A stretch of 15,211 nt of DNA, taken from Chlamydiota bacterium (GTDB lineage Bacteria > Chlamydiota > Chlamydiia > Chlamydiales > SM23-39). The translations under genes and the position numbers were made by a program. Below, one piece after another: positions 8,016 through 15,211 of this stretch. Location: assembly GCA_038534095.1 (NCBI GenBank), contig JBCAXK010000038.1, forward strand, positions 1 to 15,211, read 5' to 3'. Position 1 is the stretch's first letter; each line of letters begins with the position of its first letter. Under the pieces are notes generated by a model. The model was not told where the DNA came from. It worked only from the letters and a program-made list of their open reading frames with translations, and ran no database searches.

Positions 8016-8072
8016 GGACCTCTTGTTTATTAAAGTTTTTGATTACAAAAAAACAACTTTAACAAGAGGTCC
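8016..8072 (+). promoter_or_regulatory. Hairpin sequestering the IS982 transposase RBS
   Basis: GGACCTCTTGTT (8016-8027) pairs perfectly with AACAAGAGGTCC (8061-8072), with additional inner AAAGTT/AACTTT pairing. The right arm contains GAGG, upstream of the ATG at 8078. Confidence 0.65.
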
Positions 8073-8077
8073 AGAAA

Positions 8078-8680
8078 ATGGCTTGGGATGAACAGCTTAT
8101 TGCACTTTTTTGTAGCGTAGATAACTTTTGCAAAGATTTCGAACCCATATGGCGTAAGAGCTTATTAAGCTTTAAGAAAAGAAAACGAAATAGCCAAATG
8201 TTTCTCAGCGAGATGATGACCATTGCAATTTATTTTCACCAGTCAGGATATCGAACTTTTAAAAAATTTTACACAGTTTTTGTAAAAGGCTTCATAAAAC
8301 ACCTATTCCCCAACGCTGTTAGCTATGGGCGATTTGTGGAGTTAATGAAGGGACTTTCTTTCCCTTTCTTTTGTTTTTTGCAGTTGAAAATGGGTAAAGA
8401 TACCGGCGTATCTTTTATAGATTCTACTCGATTAGCGGTTTGTAAAATCCAGCGGGCTAATGCCAATAAAACTTTTTCGGGGATAGCAACAAAAGGGAAA
8501 ACAACCATGGGGTGGTTTTTTGGATTCAAACTACATATTGTTATCAACGATGAAGGGGAGTTGCTCGCTTGGCAGCTAACGAAAGGTAATGTCGATGATA
8601 GAAAGCCAGTACCAGCGCTCTCAAATATACTTGAAGGATTATTATTTGGCGATAAAGGATATATATCAGGTCAGAACTGA
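8078..8680 (+). pseudogene. IS982-family transposase, C-terminally truncated
   Basis: Motifs include LFCSVDNFC, LSEMMTIAIYFHQSGYRTFKKFY, FP..VSYGRFVELM, FIDST, GKTTMGWFFGFKLH, GNVDDR and LFGDKGYIS. It stops at 200 aa, right after the second catalytic Asp. The R..IE segment with the catalytic Glu is missing (family members are about 290 aa). Confidence 0.9.
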
Positions 8681-8690
8681 CGCATCAAAA
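8671..8690 (+). repeat. 20-bp direct repeat, copy 1
   Basis: TCAGAACTGACGCATCAAAA, identical to 15134-15153. Confidence 0.9.
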
Positions 8691-8989
8691 ATCAAAATAG
8701 ATTGTGTGTTTTTGTCCTCTTTCCAGGGGCATCGATGTCTTGGAAAATACCTTTCTCGGTAGATACAAAATGCTCTACATCAATGCATTCCTATCACTGT
8801 AAAAAATTGGAATGTTTCGTTGGTTTTTTTGGCATGTACACTTCACCTTTTTGGAAAAGGAGTAGACGAATATTTATTTGCTTGCTATCAAATCTTTCTC
8901 ATTAAAATGCCCTGGGGGCAAACCCACTTAAGCTCTTTTGGTTGCAGAATAAAACGATCTTTTTTATGAAAAGTTTTGGGAGGATCTTT

Positions 8990-9907
8990 GTGACCATAAA
9001 AAAATTTTTTCTTCCAGTTCTTGCTGCACTTGGAGTGCTGTTTGGGCTGTTTATGGTTTTTTTCACAACGAGAAAGCCCCCATCACCTGCGATTCCATTC
9101 CCCCCTCCAAAGCCCCCATTTACTTCTTATATTGCTGGCTCTGGCACGATTGAAGCAGCTTCTGAAAACATTGCTATTGGCACCCCTTTCAATGAGGTTG
9201 TTACAGCCGTTTTTGTCGAAGCAGGCGATAGGGTGCTCAAAAACGCCCCCCTTTTCGAGCTCGATACCCAAACGCTTGAAAGTCGTAGACAAGCAGCAAA
9301 AGCACGCCTGCAAGAAGCGCAGGTTCGTCTGCAAGATGCAAGAATCCGGTTCTCTTTGTACGAAAATCTTCAAGATAAACGGGCGGTTAGTGAAGATGCC
9401 TACAATACAGAATTTTATGCTTTTTTAGAGAAACAAGAGGCAGAAAAGGTGGCAGAGAAAGAGCTTCAGGTGATCGAAACTAATATTGCTCGCTCGACAA
9501 TCCGCGCTCCTGAAAACGGGGAAGTGCTTCAGGTGAATATCCATGTAGGTGAGAACGCAGAGCAAAATCCCTTTCGATCGAATAACAACACCCTGATGCT
9601 TTTTGGTCGGGTAGATGAGCTGTACTTGAGAGTCGATATTGATGAAAGCGACGCTTGGAGGTACAAAAAAGGGAGCTCCGCCTACGCATTTGTCCGAGGG
9701 AATAGCGCGATGCGTATTCCCTTAGATTACGTCCGCATCGAACCCTACGTCGTTCCCAAACAGTCTCTAAGGGGGGATAATGTGGAGAAAATCGATACAA
9801 GGGTTTTGCAGGTGATCTACAGGTTCGATAGAAAAGACTACCCCGTATACATCGGGCAAGTCATGGACGTCTACATACAAACAGAAGCGTTGAGGCGTGA
9901 TGGATAA
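8990..9907 (+). CDS. HlyD/MFP-family periplasmic adaptor (DevB-like)
   Basis: It has an N-terminal TM anchor and a Pro-rich linker, lipoyl half-motifs (VTAVFVEAGDRVLKNAPLFELD and IRAPENGEVLQVNIHVGE) flanking a coiled coil, and a C-terminal LRVDIDE..DTRVLQVIY..GQVMDVYI. The GTG at 8990 is preferred as start because GGGAGG lies 6 nt upstream; the ORF is open from 8942. Confidence 0.9.
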   Translation: MTIKKFFLPVLAALGVLFGLFMVFFTTRKPPSPAIPFPPPKPPFTSYIAGSGTIEAASENIAIGTPFNEVVTAVFVEAGDRVLKNAPLFELDTQTLESRRQAAKARLQEAQVRLQDARIRFSLYENLQDKRAVSEDAYNTEFYAFLEKQEAEKVAEKELQVIETNIARSTIRAPENGEVLQVNIHVGENAEQNPFRSNNNTLMLFGRVDELYLRVDIDESDAWRYKKGSSAYAFVRGNSAMRIPLDYVRIEPYVVPKQSLRGDNVEKIDTRVLQVIYRFDRKDYPVYIGQVMDVYIQTEALRRDG

Positions 9908-11312
9908 GAGAGTGGTGGCGGCTTTCTTGTGTTTTTCAGGATGCTCTGTAGGACCGTCCATACAGATTCCAGAAATGCATTTAGAAGGGGAGTATGCAAG
10001 CGTTTCTTCCTGTGAAGAAGGGTGTTTTGAGGAAAAGGGAGACCTAGAAGACCTCAAAGATTGGTGGCGCCATTTTTCCGATCCAAGACTCGATGAGCTG
10101 ATCGCCCTTGCAAAGGAACAAAACCCCAACATTTTGGTAGCCTCTGCAAGGATTGATGAGGCAAGGGGAGTATATAGAAGGATCTCTGGAGAGCTGTGGC
10201 CGAGCATTGACCTAAGAGCCAGCGCTATTCGTTCTGGTTTTAGTCGTAACATCACCGAAGCAGAACTCTTAGGATTGAGTGAGCAGAGCCAGTTCTATTT
10301 AGGATTTGACGCGGTTTGGGAGCTCGATTTTTTTGGGCGTCTTAGCGGGAGAAAAGAGGCGGCTATTTACGCCGTTTTCGGGGAGGAAGAGGCGTTTCGC
10401 AATGTACTTTTGATCGTGTACGCTGAAGTTGCGAAAACGTATGTGGAGATTTGCGCTTTAGAGCAAGATCTACAAGTACTTCGGGAGATCGTAGAAACAG
10501 CGCAGCAAATTTTGTATTTGCAAGAAGCAGCCTATGAGGCGGGTCTTTTGGATCGGCAACAGGTGGAAGAAATCGAAACCATTTTACAAGAGCAAAAGGC
10601 GCTTGTAGTCCAAAGAAGTGTTGCTCTACAAGAATTTCATCACCGGTTAGCGGCGCTGATTGGTGAATTTCCAAACAGCGCTTCATCGGCGTTTTCGGGG
10701 TTAAAAACCATTCCAAAAGCGCCCCGTCTTGTCCAAGTCGGGATCCCTTCGGATCTTCTGAGAAGGAGACCTGATATCCGTGAAGCAGAATACAAGATTG
10801 CCTTAGCTACGCGCCTTTTAGGATCAGCAATTGCAGAGCTTTTCCCCTCGTTTTCTTTGACAGCAGATTGGGGGCTGCGCTCCAATAGACTCAGCCGCTG
10901 GTTCCAATCGGAGAGTGACTCTTGGAACATTGGCCCCTCATTCATCACACCGATTTTTCGCTTTGGTCGAATTTTGGGATTGATTGATGAACAGGAAGGT
11001 GCTTTGGACGTTGCGATGAACACGTACAAAAATAAGGTTCTTCTTGCTGTAGAGGATAGTGAAAATGCGCTCACGGTCTACTGCAATGCGATCCGCTTAC
11101 AAGCACTACGGCAAAAAGCGTTCCAAGCAAAAGAAACTGAAGCCTCTTTACAACACGAACTTTTCATCAGCGGCCTTGCTCCTTGGATTGAGTATTTGCA
11201 AACGCACTTTGCGTCATTAGAAAGAAAACGGGAGCTGATTGCCGCGGAGCGGGCCGAATCGGTCAATTTGATCGCTCTTTATAAAGCGTTAGGTGGAGGC
11301 TGGTCTTGCTGA
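9900..11312 (+). CDS. NodT/OprM/TolC-family outer-membrane efflux lipoprotein
   Basis: It has a lipobox (FSG-C-SVGP) and motifs WWRHFSDPRLDELI..NPNI..ASARI, WELDFFGR, GIPSDLLRRRPDIREAE, FPSFSL and LYKALGGGW. It overlaps the upstream stop. Confidence 0.93.
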   Translation: MDKRVVAAFLCFSGCSVGPSIQIPEMHLEGEYASVSSCEEGCFEEKGDLEDLKDWWRHFSDPRLDELIALAKEQNPNILVASARIDEARGVYRRISGELWPSIDLRASAIRSGFSRNITEAELLGLSEQSQFYLGFDAVWELDFFGRLSGRKEAAIYAVFGEEEAFRNVLLIVYAEVAKTYVEICALEQDLQVLREIVETAQQILYLQEAAYEAGLLDRQQVEEIETILQEQKALVVQRSVALQEFHHRLAALIGEFPNSASSAFSGLKTIPKAPRLVQVGIPSDLLRRRPDIREAEYKIALATRLLGSAIAELFPSFSLTADWGLRSNRLSRWFQSESDSWNIGPSFITPIFRFGRILGLIDEQEGALDVAMNTYKNKVLLAVEDSENALTVYCNAIRLQALRQKAFQAKETEASLQHELFISGLAPWIEYLQTHFASLERKRELIAAERAESVNLIALYKALGGGWSC

Positions 11313-12460
11313 AATACGCCATCAAAATGCTTGTTGGAGAAAAGCTGAAATATTACGGAATCATCCTCGCCTTAAGTTTTGGATCCTTCATCATCATTCA
11401 ACAAGCCGCGATTTTTATCGGTCTGATGAGCAGAACCTACAGCTTTATTGGAGATACTTCCCAAGGGGATATTTGGGTTACCGATCCAAAAGTGGAGCTT
11501 GTCGAAGATGCGCAGCCCTTAAAAGATACCGATCTTTTTCGTGTCAAAAGCGTTGATGGAGTATCTTGGGCAGTGCCTTTATTTCGAGGGAAGATCAAAG
11601 CAAGGCTTCGTAATGGGGAATTCACCAACTGCACATTGATTGGTCTTGATGATAGCACCCTCATTGGAGGGCCTCCAGGCTTTGTTCAAGGTTCGATACT
11701 CGATCTAAAAAAGCCCGATGCGGTCATCATCAGTCAAGAAGGAATTGAAGGTCAGCTTGCAATCACAACTGTAGAAGGGGAAAAAGAGTACTTGCGTTTA
11801 GGAGATGCCTTTGAGCTCAATGATCGAAGGGCTGTTTTGGAAGGGGTCTGTAAAATCACTCGGGTATTTCTTACCCAACCTGTGATTTACACCACCTATT
11901 CTAGAGCGATTACATACACCCCTCCAGAAAGAAAACTCCTATCATTCATTTTAGTCAAAGCAAAGAAGGGAGAAAACCTCCAACAGCTTTGTCAAAAAAT
12001 TCAAAGGCAGACAGGCCTTGCTGCCTACGTAGAGAGGGATTTTGAGAATATGACCCTCTACTATTACCTCAACAATACAGGGATTCCTCTCAATTTCGGT
12101 ATTGCCGTTCTCTTAGGGTTTATCATTGGTACAGCGATCTCAGGACAAACGTTCTACAATTTTATTCTCGATAACGTTCGGTATCTTGCGGTTTTTAAAG
12201 CGTTAGGAGCAAGTAACAGGCTACTCATCAAAATGACCCTACTACAAATTGCTTGGGTGGGGATGATTGGTTGGGGACTTGGCGTAGGATCGGCATCCCT
12301 TTTTGGTTTTGTTTTTTGCGGTACCGATCTCTCGTTCATGTTTCCATGGCAACTATTTTATTTAAGCGCTTTCGCCGTGTTTTTCATTTGCGCTTTATCA
12401 TCCATCATTAGTTTGCGCAAAATCATGACCATTGATCCTGTTTTGGTGTTCAAATCATGA
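11306..12460 (+). CDS. ABC transporter permease, FtsX/MacB/DevC-like
   Basis: One N-terminal TM, a large periplasmic domain (DIWVTDP..RVKSVDGVSWAVPL) and three C-terminal TMs with YLAVFKALGAS and IDPVLVFK. The TTG start overlaps the upstream gene. Confidence 0.9.
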   Translation: MLKYAIKMLVGEKLKYYGIILALSFGSFIIIQQAAIFIGLMSRTYSFIGDTSQGDIWVTDPKVELVEDAQPLKDTDLFRVKSVDGVSWAVPLFRGKIKARLRNGEFTNCTLIGLDDSTLIGGPPGFVQGSILDLKKPDAVIISQEGIEGQLAITTVEGEKEYLRLGDAFELNDRRAVLEGVCKITRVFLTQPVIYTTYSRAITYTPPERKLLSFILVKAKKGENLQQLCQKIQRQTGLAAYVERDFENMTLYYYLNNTGIPLNFGIAVLLGFIIGTAISGQTFYNFILDNVRYLAVFKALGASNRLLIKMTLLQIAWVGMIGWGLGVGSASLFGFVFCGTDLSFMFPWQLFYLSAFAVFFICALSSIISLRKIMTIDPVLVFKS

Positions 12461-13164
12461 AAAAAACGATTTGCTGTCAAAATATTCGGAAGGTGTTTCG
12501 CTCATCTGACAACTCGTTTGAAGCGTTAAAAAGCGTCACCATGAATGTCCATGAAAACGAACTATTGATGTTAGTCGGACCTTCAGGAGCTGGAAAAACC
12601 ACCCTTCTATCGATCATGGCGGGAATTTTGTCACAAACAGAGGGGAGCTGTTTGGTCTTAGATCAAGAGATCAATGGGATGAAAGAACGGGAAAAAACGG
12701 TGTTTCGTGGGAAAAATATTGGTTTTATCTTTCAATCGTTCAATTTGATTCCAGCCCTAAGCGCGTTAGAAAATGTGACGGTCCCTCTCTTGATTCATGG
12801 AATGGACGCAAAGAGCGCTAAGAAAGAGGCCTTAGAAATATTGGATCTTTTAGGCCTAGCTGATAGAGCTCACGATTCTCCCTCCCATTTTTCAGGCGGG
12901 CAATTGCAAAGGGTTTCCATCGCTAGAGGATGTGTTCACAGGCCTAAGATTCTTCTTTGTGATGAACCGACCAGTTTTCTTGATCACGAAAATGGGGAAA
13001 AAGTGATGGAAATGCTCAAAACAATCCAACAAAGAGATCAAACGACCCAGGTAGTAGTTACCCACGATCCAAGAATTTTTTCCTTTGCAGATCGGATCAT
13101 TGAAATTGATGATGGTGTGATCAAAAAAGAGCAAAAAAACGGAGAAAAAGAGCCTTTATATTAA
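12457..13164 (+). CDS. ABC transporter ATP-binding protein, LolD/MacB/DevA-like
   Basis: Walker A GPSGAGKT, Q-loop IGFIFQSFNL, signature FSGGQLQR, Walker B LLCDEPT and H-loop VVTHD. ATGA overlap with the permease. Confidence 0.95.
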   Translation: MKKTICCQNIRKVFRSSDNSFEALKSVTMNVHENELLMLVGPSGAGKTTLLSIMAGILSQTEGSCLVLDQEINGMKEREKTVFRGKNIGFIFQSFNLIPALSALENVTVPLLIHGMDAKSAKKEALEILDLLGLADRAHDSPSHFSGGQLQRVSIARGCVHRPKILLCDEPTSFLDHENGEKVMEMLKTIQQRDQTTQVVVTHDPRIFSFADRIIEIDDGVIKKEQKNGEKEPLY

Positions 13165-13231
13165 CAATAAATTTTTACTTAATACTTTTAAAAAGTAAAA
13201 AATATACAATAAGGAAACATTAATCAACTTA

Positions 13232-13240
13232 TGTTATAAT
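13232..13240 (+). promoter_or_regulatory. Candidate extended -10 promoter (TGnTATAAT)
   Basis: TGTTATAAT lies 25 nt upstream of the ATG at 13266. The surrounding intergenic region is very AT-rich, so a chance match is possible. Confidence 0.45.
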
Positions 13241-13265
13241 AGAATAAAAAAATTAAAAGTATATA

Positions 13266-13916
13266 ATGAGCCCAGTAGTTTCTCGAGTTCAAGAGTCTAT
13301 TTCTCACCCGCCTTTTGTCCCATGTCAAGAAATTTGTAGAACGGTCAAACAAGGAAGGGATGGTTTTTGTAAGATCTCTGAGGACTTTGTATCTCATCCT
13401 CAAATACAAAAAATTTCTGGGCTGATCTTAGGAGCGCTATGTTACTCTCTTAGTCACCATTTCTTAGCAAAGACCTCTGCGTATTTCTCCATTTCTCCCC
13501 TGATTCCGGTTCCTTCTCCCTCCCTATTTCCCCCTCTTGCGTTGCCATTGAAATTATTTCTTGTTCCTTGTCATTGCATGTCGGGCGCTATTTGGGAAGA
13601 GGATCTTTTCCGGGGGAATTTTACCGATCACGCAAAAAAAATCTTTACCAGTCTTTATGGAGCGGTGGGACTAACAGGACGGGCAGGCTCCCTTTTATCG
13701 CGGATTAGCGCTGTCGTCACTGTGGCTCTTCTCTACGGAGCCAGTGTCTTTTTAGGATCGCTCAAAGCCCTATCGAATCCAAGCCTGCTCCTTCCGCAGT
13801 TTCTTCTCTTCTGCTTTTTGGGCACCCTTTTTGGGCTTGCTGGAGAGATCACAGGGAGTTTGTACGTTCCAGCTAGCATGAATATTGCTTATAAAACCTT
13901 GCACTGGTTCTCTTAA
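13266..13916 (+). CDS. CPBP (Abi/CAAX type II protease)-like membrane protein, degenerate
   Basis: Multiple TM segments and motif 1 AIWEEDLFRG are present. The motif 2 region (LLYGASV) and motif 3 region (TGSLYVPASMNIAYK) lack the conserved His and Asn. Confidence 0.7.
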   Translation: MSPVVSRVQESISHPPFVPCQEICRTVKQGRDGFCKISEDFVSHPQIQKISGLILGALCYSLSHHFLAKTSAYFSISPLIPVPSPSLFPPLALPLKLFLVPCHCMSGAIWEEDLFRGNFTDHAKKIFTSLYGAVGLTGRAGSLLSRISAVVTVALLYGASVFLGSLKALSNPSLLLPQFLLFCFLGTLFGLAGEITGSLYVPASMNIAYKTLHWFS

Positions 13917-14033
13917 ACGTAGTAAAACTAGTTTTAAAGGGGGAAGAGAAATGGCTCTTAAAAGGGGACCTAGAAGAGAAGAATTAGGTTCGATCTTCTT
14001 GATCGTTGCTAGCCATTTTCTCTAAAAAACAAG

Positions 14034-15041
14034 ATGGCATTAGTAACAGAAGAAGAGTCTCCTCTTTTTTACCAAATAGATAGCAGCTCTTCTGGGCATC
14101 GATTAGGACGGATTTCTCTTTGGGCGCAGTCTAAGGCTGGGAAATACGTATTTCTTCCCGCGTCCCATCCACGTAGTTTGAACATGACGGAAAAGCAGAT
14201 CCTATCTGCTAGAAAATCGATTCACTCTTCTCCCCATATTCATCAAGATTGGGTTTGTCAACAAGGGCGCATTTCTTTAGCAGGTACCTTACTGGATGTC
14301 CTTGTTGTTCGGAAAAGAAACTTCGATACAAAGAGATGGACTTTAGTGGCTCTTGGAAGCGGCCAATTTTACGAAACGAAATTTTTGTTTGGTGAAGATC
14401 TAAGAAACTTACTCAACCTTCTTGACACTCACGCTGTTTTGTTCAACTACCCAGGGGTAGGGCTTAGCCAAGGCTTTCCGATAAAGCAGGCGATGGTGGA
14501 TGCTCACTTGGCGATGATCTCCCTTGTAGAAGATCAAAATCGGGGATTAGGAGCAGAAGAGATCATTTTTTATGGCCACTCGATAGGGGGAGGGGTGCAG
14601 GCAGAAGCCCTTTTACATCACACATTTCTGCCCCATATTGCCTATGTAGCTGTAAAAAGCCGGACGTTTTCTTCTCTGAGCGAAGTGGCTGCGGATAAAA
14701 CTCGAAAACATTGGCTAAAAAAAATGCTCGCAAAACAGACGGTACGCTCCTTAGACTGGGAGATGCGAACAGCCAGATCTTCGCTCCTCCTATCTATTCC
14801 TGAAATCGTCTTGCAAACAGCTTTTGTGCGTCAGTATCAAGAGCTCGATTCTTTAGAAAAGATTGCCGATGACAATGTGATTTCTCCTCAAGTCTCTCTA
14901 GCCTGGAGCCTGCTCCAAGCTCCTAAAAGCCGTCGAAAAAGCAAAATCCTTGTAGGCGTTCCTGAAAATCACAACGGAGACTTTACAGATGAAGCTACTC
15001 TTGCCTTATTGATTCAAAACAGCCTGGGAAAAGCATTGTAG
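14034..15041 (+). CDS. Alpha/beta hydrolase-fold protein, chlamydial CPn0927/CPn0928 (CHLPS 43 kDa)-like
   Basis: Motifs RWTLVALG, LFNYPGVGLSQG, nucleophile elbow YGHSIGGGVQA (Ser183) and VKSRTFSSLS, with candidate Asp in DDNVI and His in ENHN. Confidence 0.8.
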   Translation: MALVTEEESPLFYQIDSSSSGHRLGRISLWAQSKAGKYVFLPASHPRSLNMTEKQILSARKSIHSSPHIHQDWVCQQGRISLAGTLLDVLVVRKRNFDTKRWTLVALGSGQFYETKFLFGEDLRNLLNLLDTHAVLFNYPGVGLSQGFPIKQAMVDAHLAMISLVEDQNRGLGAEEIIFYGHSIGGGVQAEALLHHTFLPHIAYVAVKSRTFSSLSEVAADKTRKHWLKKMLAKQTVRSLDWEMRTARSSLLLSIPEIVLQTAFVRQYQELDSLEKIADDNVISPQVSLAWSLLQAPKSRRKSKILVGVPENHNGDFTDEATLALLIQNSLGKAL

Positions 15042-15133
15042 ATTGTGCGTCGTTTGGTACGGTTCTATCCTTTTCGGGAGAGTAGTAGAAGTAAATGCTC
15101 CATTACATTTTTTCTCTTTGGCTAGCATTCTAC

Positions 15134-15153
15134 TCAGAACTGACGCATCAAAA
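15134..15153 (+). repeat. 20-bp direct repeat, copy 2
   Basis: TCAGAACTGACGCATCAAAA, identical to 8671-8690. Confidence 0.9.
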
Positions 15154-15168
15154 TTTTCATTGATTTTG

Positions 15169-15200
15169 TTATCCTCCTTGGGAAACCCCAAGGAGGATAA
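15169..15200 (+). promoter_or_regulatory. Perfect 14-bp hairpin containing AGGAGG, directly before an ATG
   Basis: TTATCCTCCTTGGG-AAAC-CCCAAGGAGGATAA, followed by ATG at 15201 (that frame runs off the window). The structure is certain; the function is inferred. Confidence 0.6.
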
Positions 15201-15211
15201 ATGAATTTCAG

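Larger units (their letters stand above)
7964..8682 (+). mobile_element. IS982-family element, 3'-truncated
   Basis: ACGTGAATTCGACGTAAG (7964-7981) resembles IS982-family left ends from memory. It is followed by the transposase, which is cut off at a sequence (CAGAACTGACGC) partly resembling an IS982 right end. Confidence 0.7.

Noticed and set aside
8702..8905. 67-aa ORF between IS982 and the export operon
   Set aside because: TTG start without an RBS, atypical composition, and no family recognised.
9021..13409. Overlapping or antisense ORFs within the export operon and CPBP gene
   Set aside because: They overlap well-supported genes and show no motifs.
15006..15191. 61-aa minus-strand ORF
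   Set aside because: It overlaps the hydrolase 3' end, crosses the repeat and hairpin, and has no recognisable homology. The frame stays open to the window edge, so it cannot be fully excluded.

Overview
The window is probably from an environmental Chlamydiae genome, inferred from a CPn0927/CHLPS-43kDa-like alpha/beta hydrolase. The left half is an accessory region. It holds a signal-peptide-bearing Rhs/YD-repeat polymorphic toxin (~1800 aa, minus strand) whose C-terminus looks like an ADP-ribosyltransferase (ART) fold. Ten nt downstream, in the immunity-gene position, is a 103-aa protein that aligns by eye with EF-Tu domain III. The pair lies between decayed IS1634 and IS481 remnants on the left and a truncated IS982 on the right. 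The right half holds a four-gene ABC/MFP/OMF export operon, a degenerate CPBP (CAAX-protease-like) membrane protein and the hydrolase. This ~6.4 kb block is bracketed by an identical 20-bp direct repeat, whose left copy truncates the IS982 transposase. The most notable candidate is the Rhs-ART toxin paired with an EF-Tu-domain-III-like, possibly decoy, immunity protein. All family calls come from motif recognition by eye; no searches were run.
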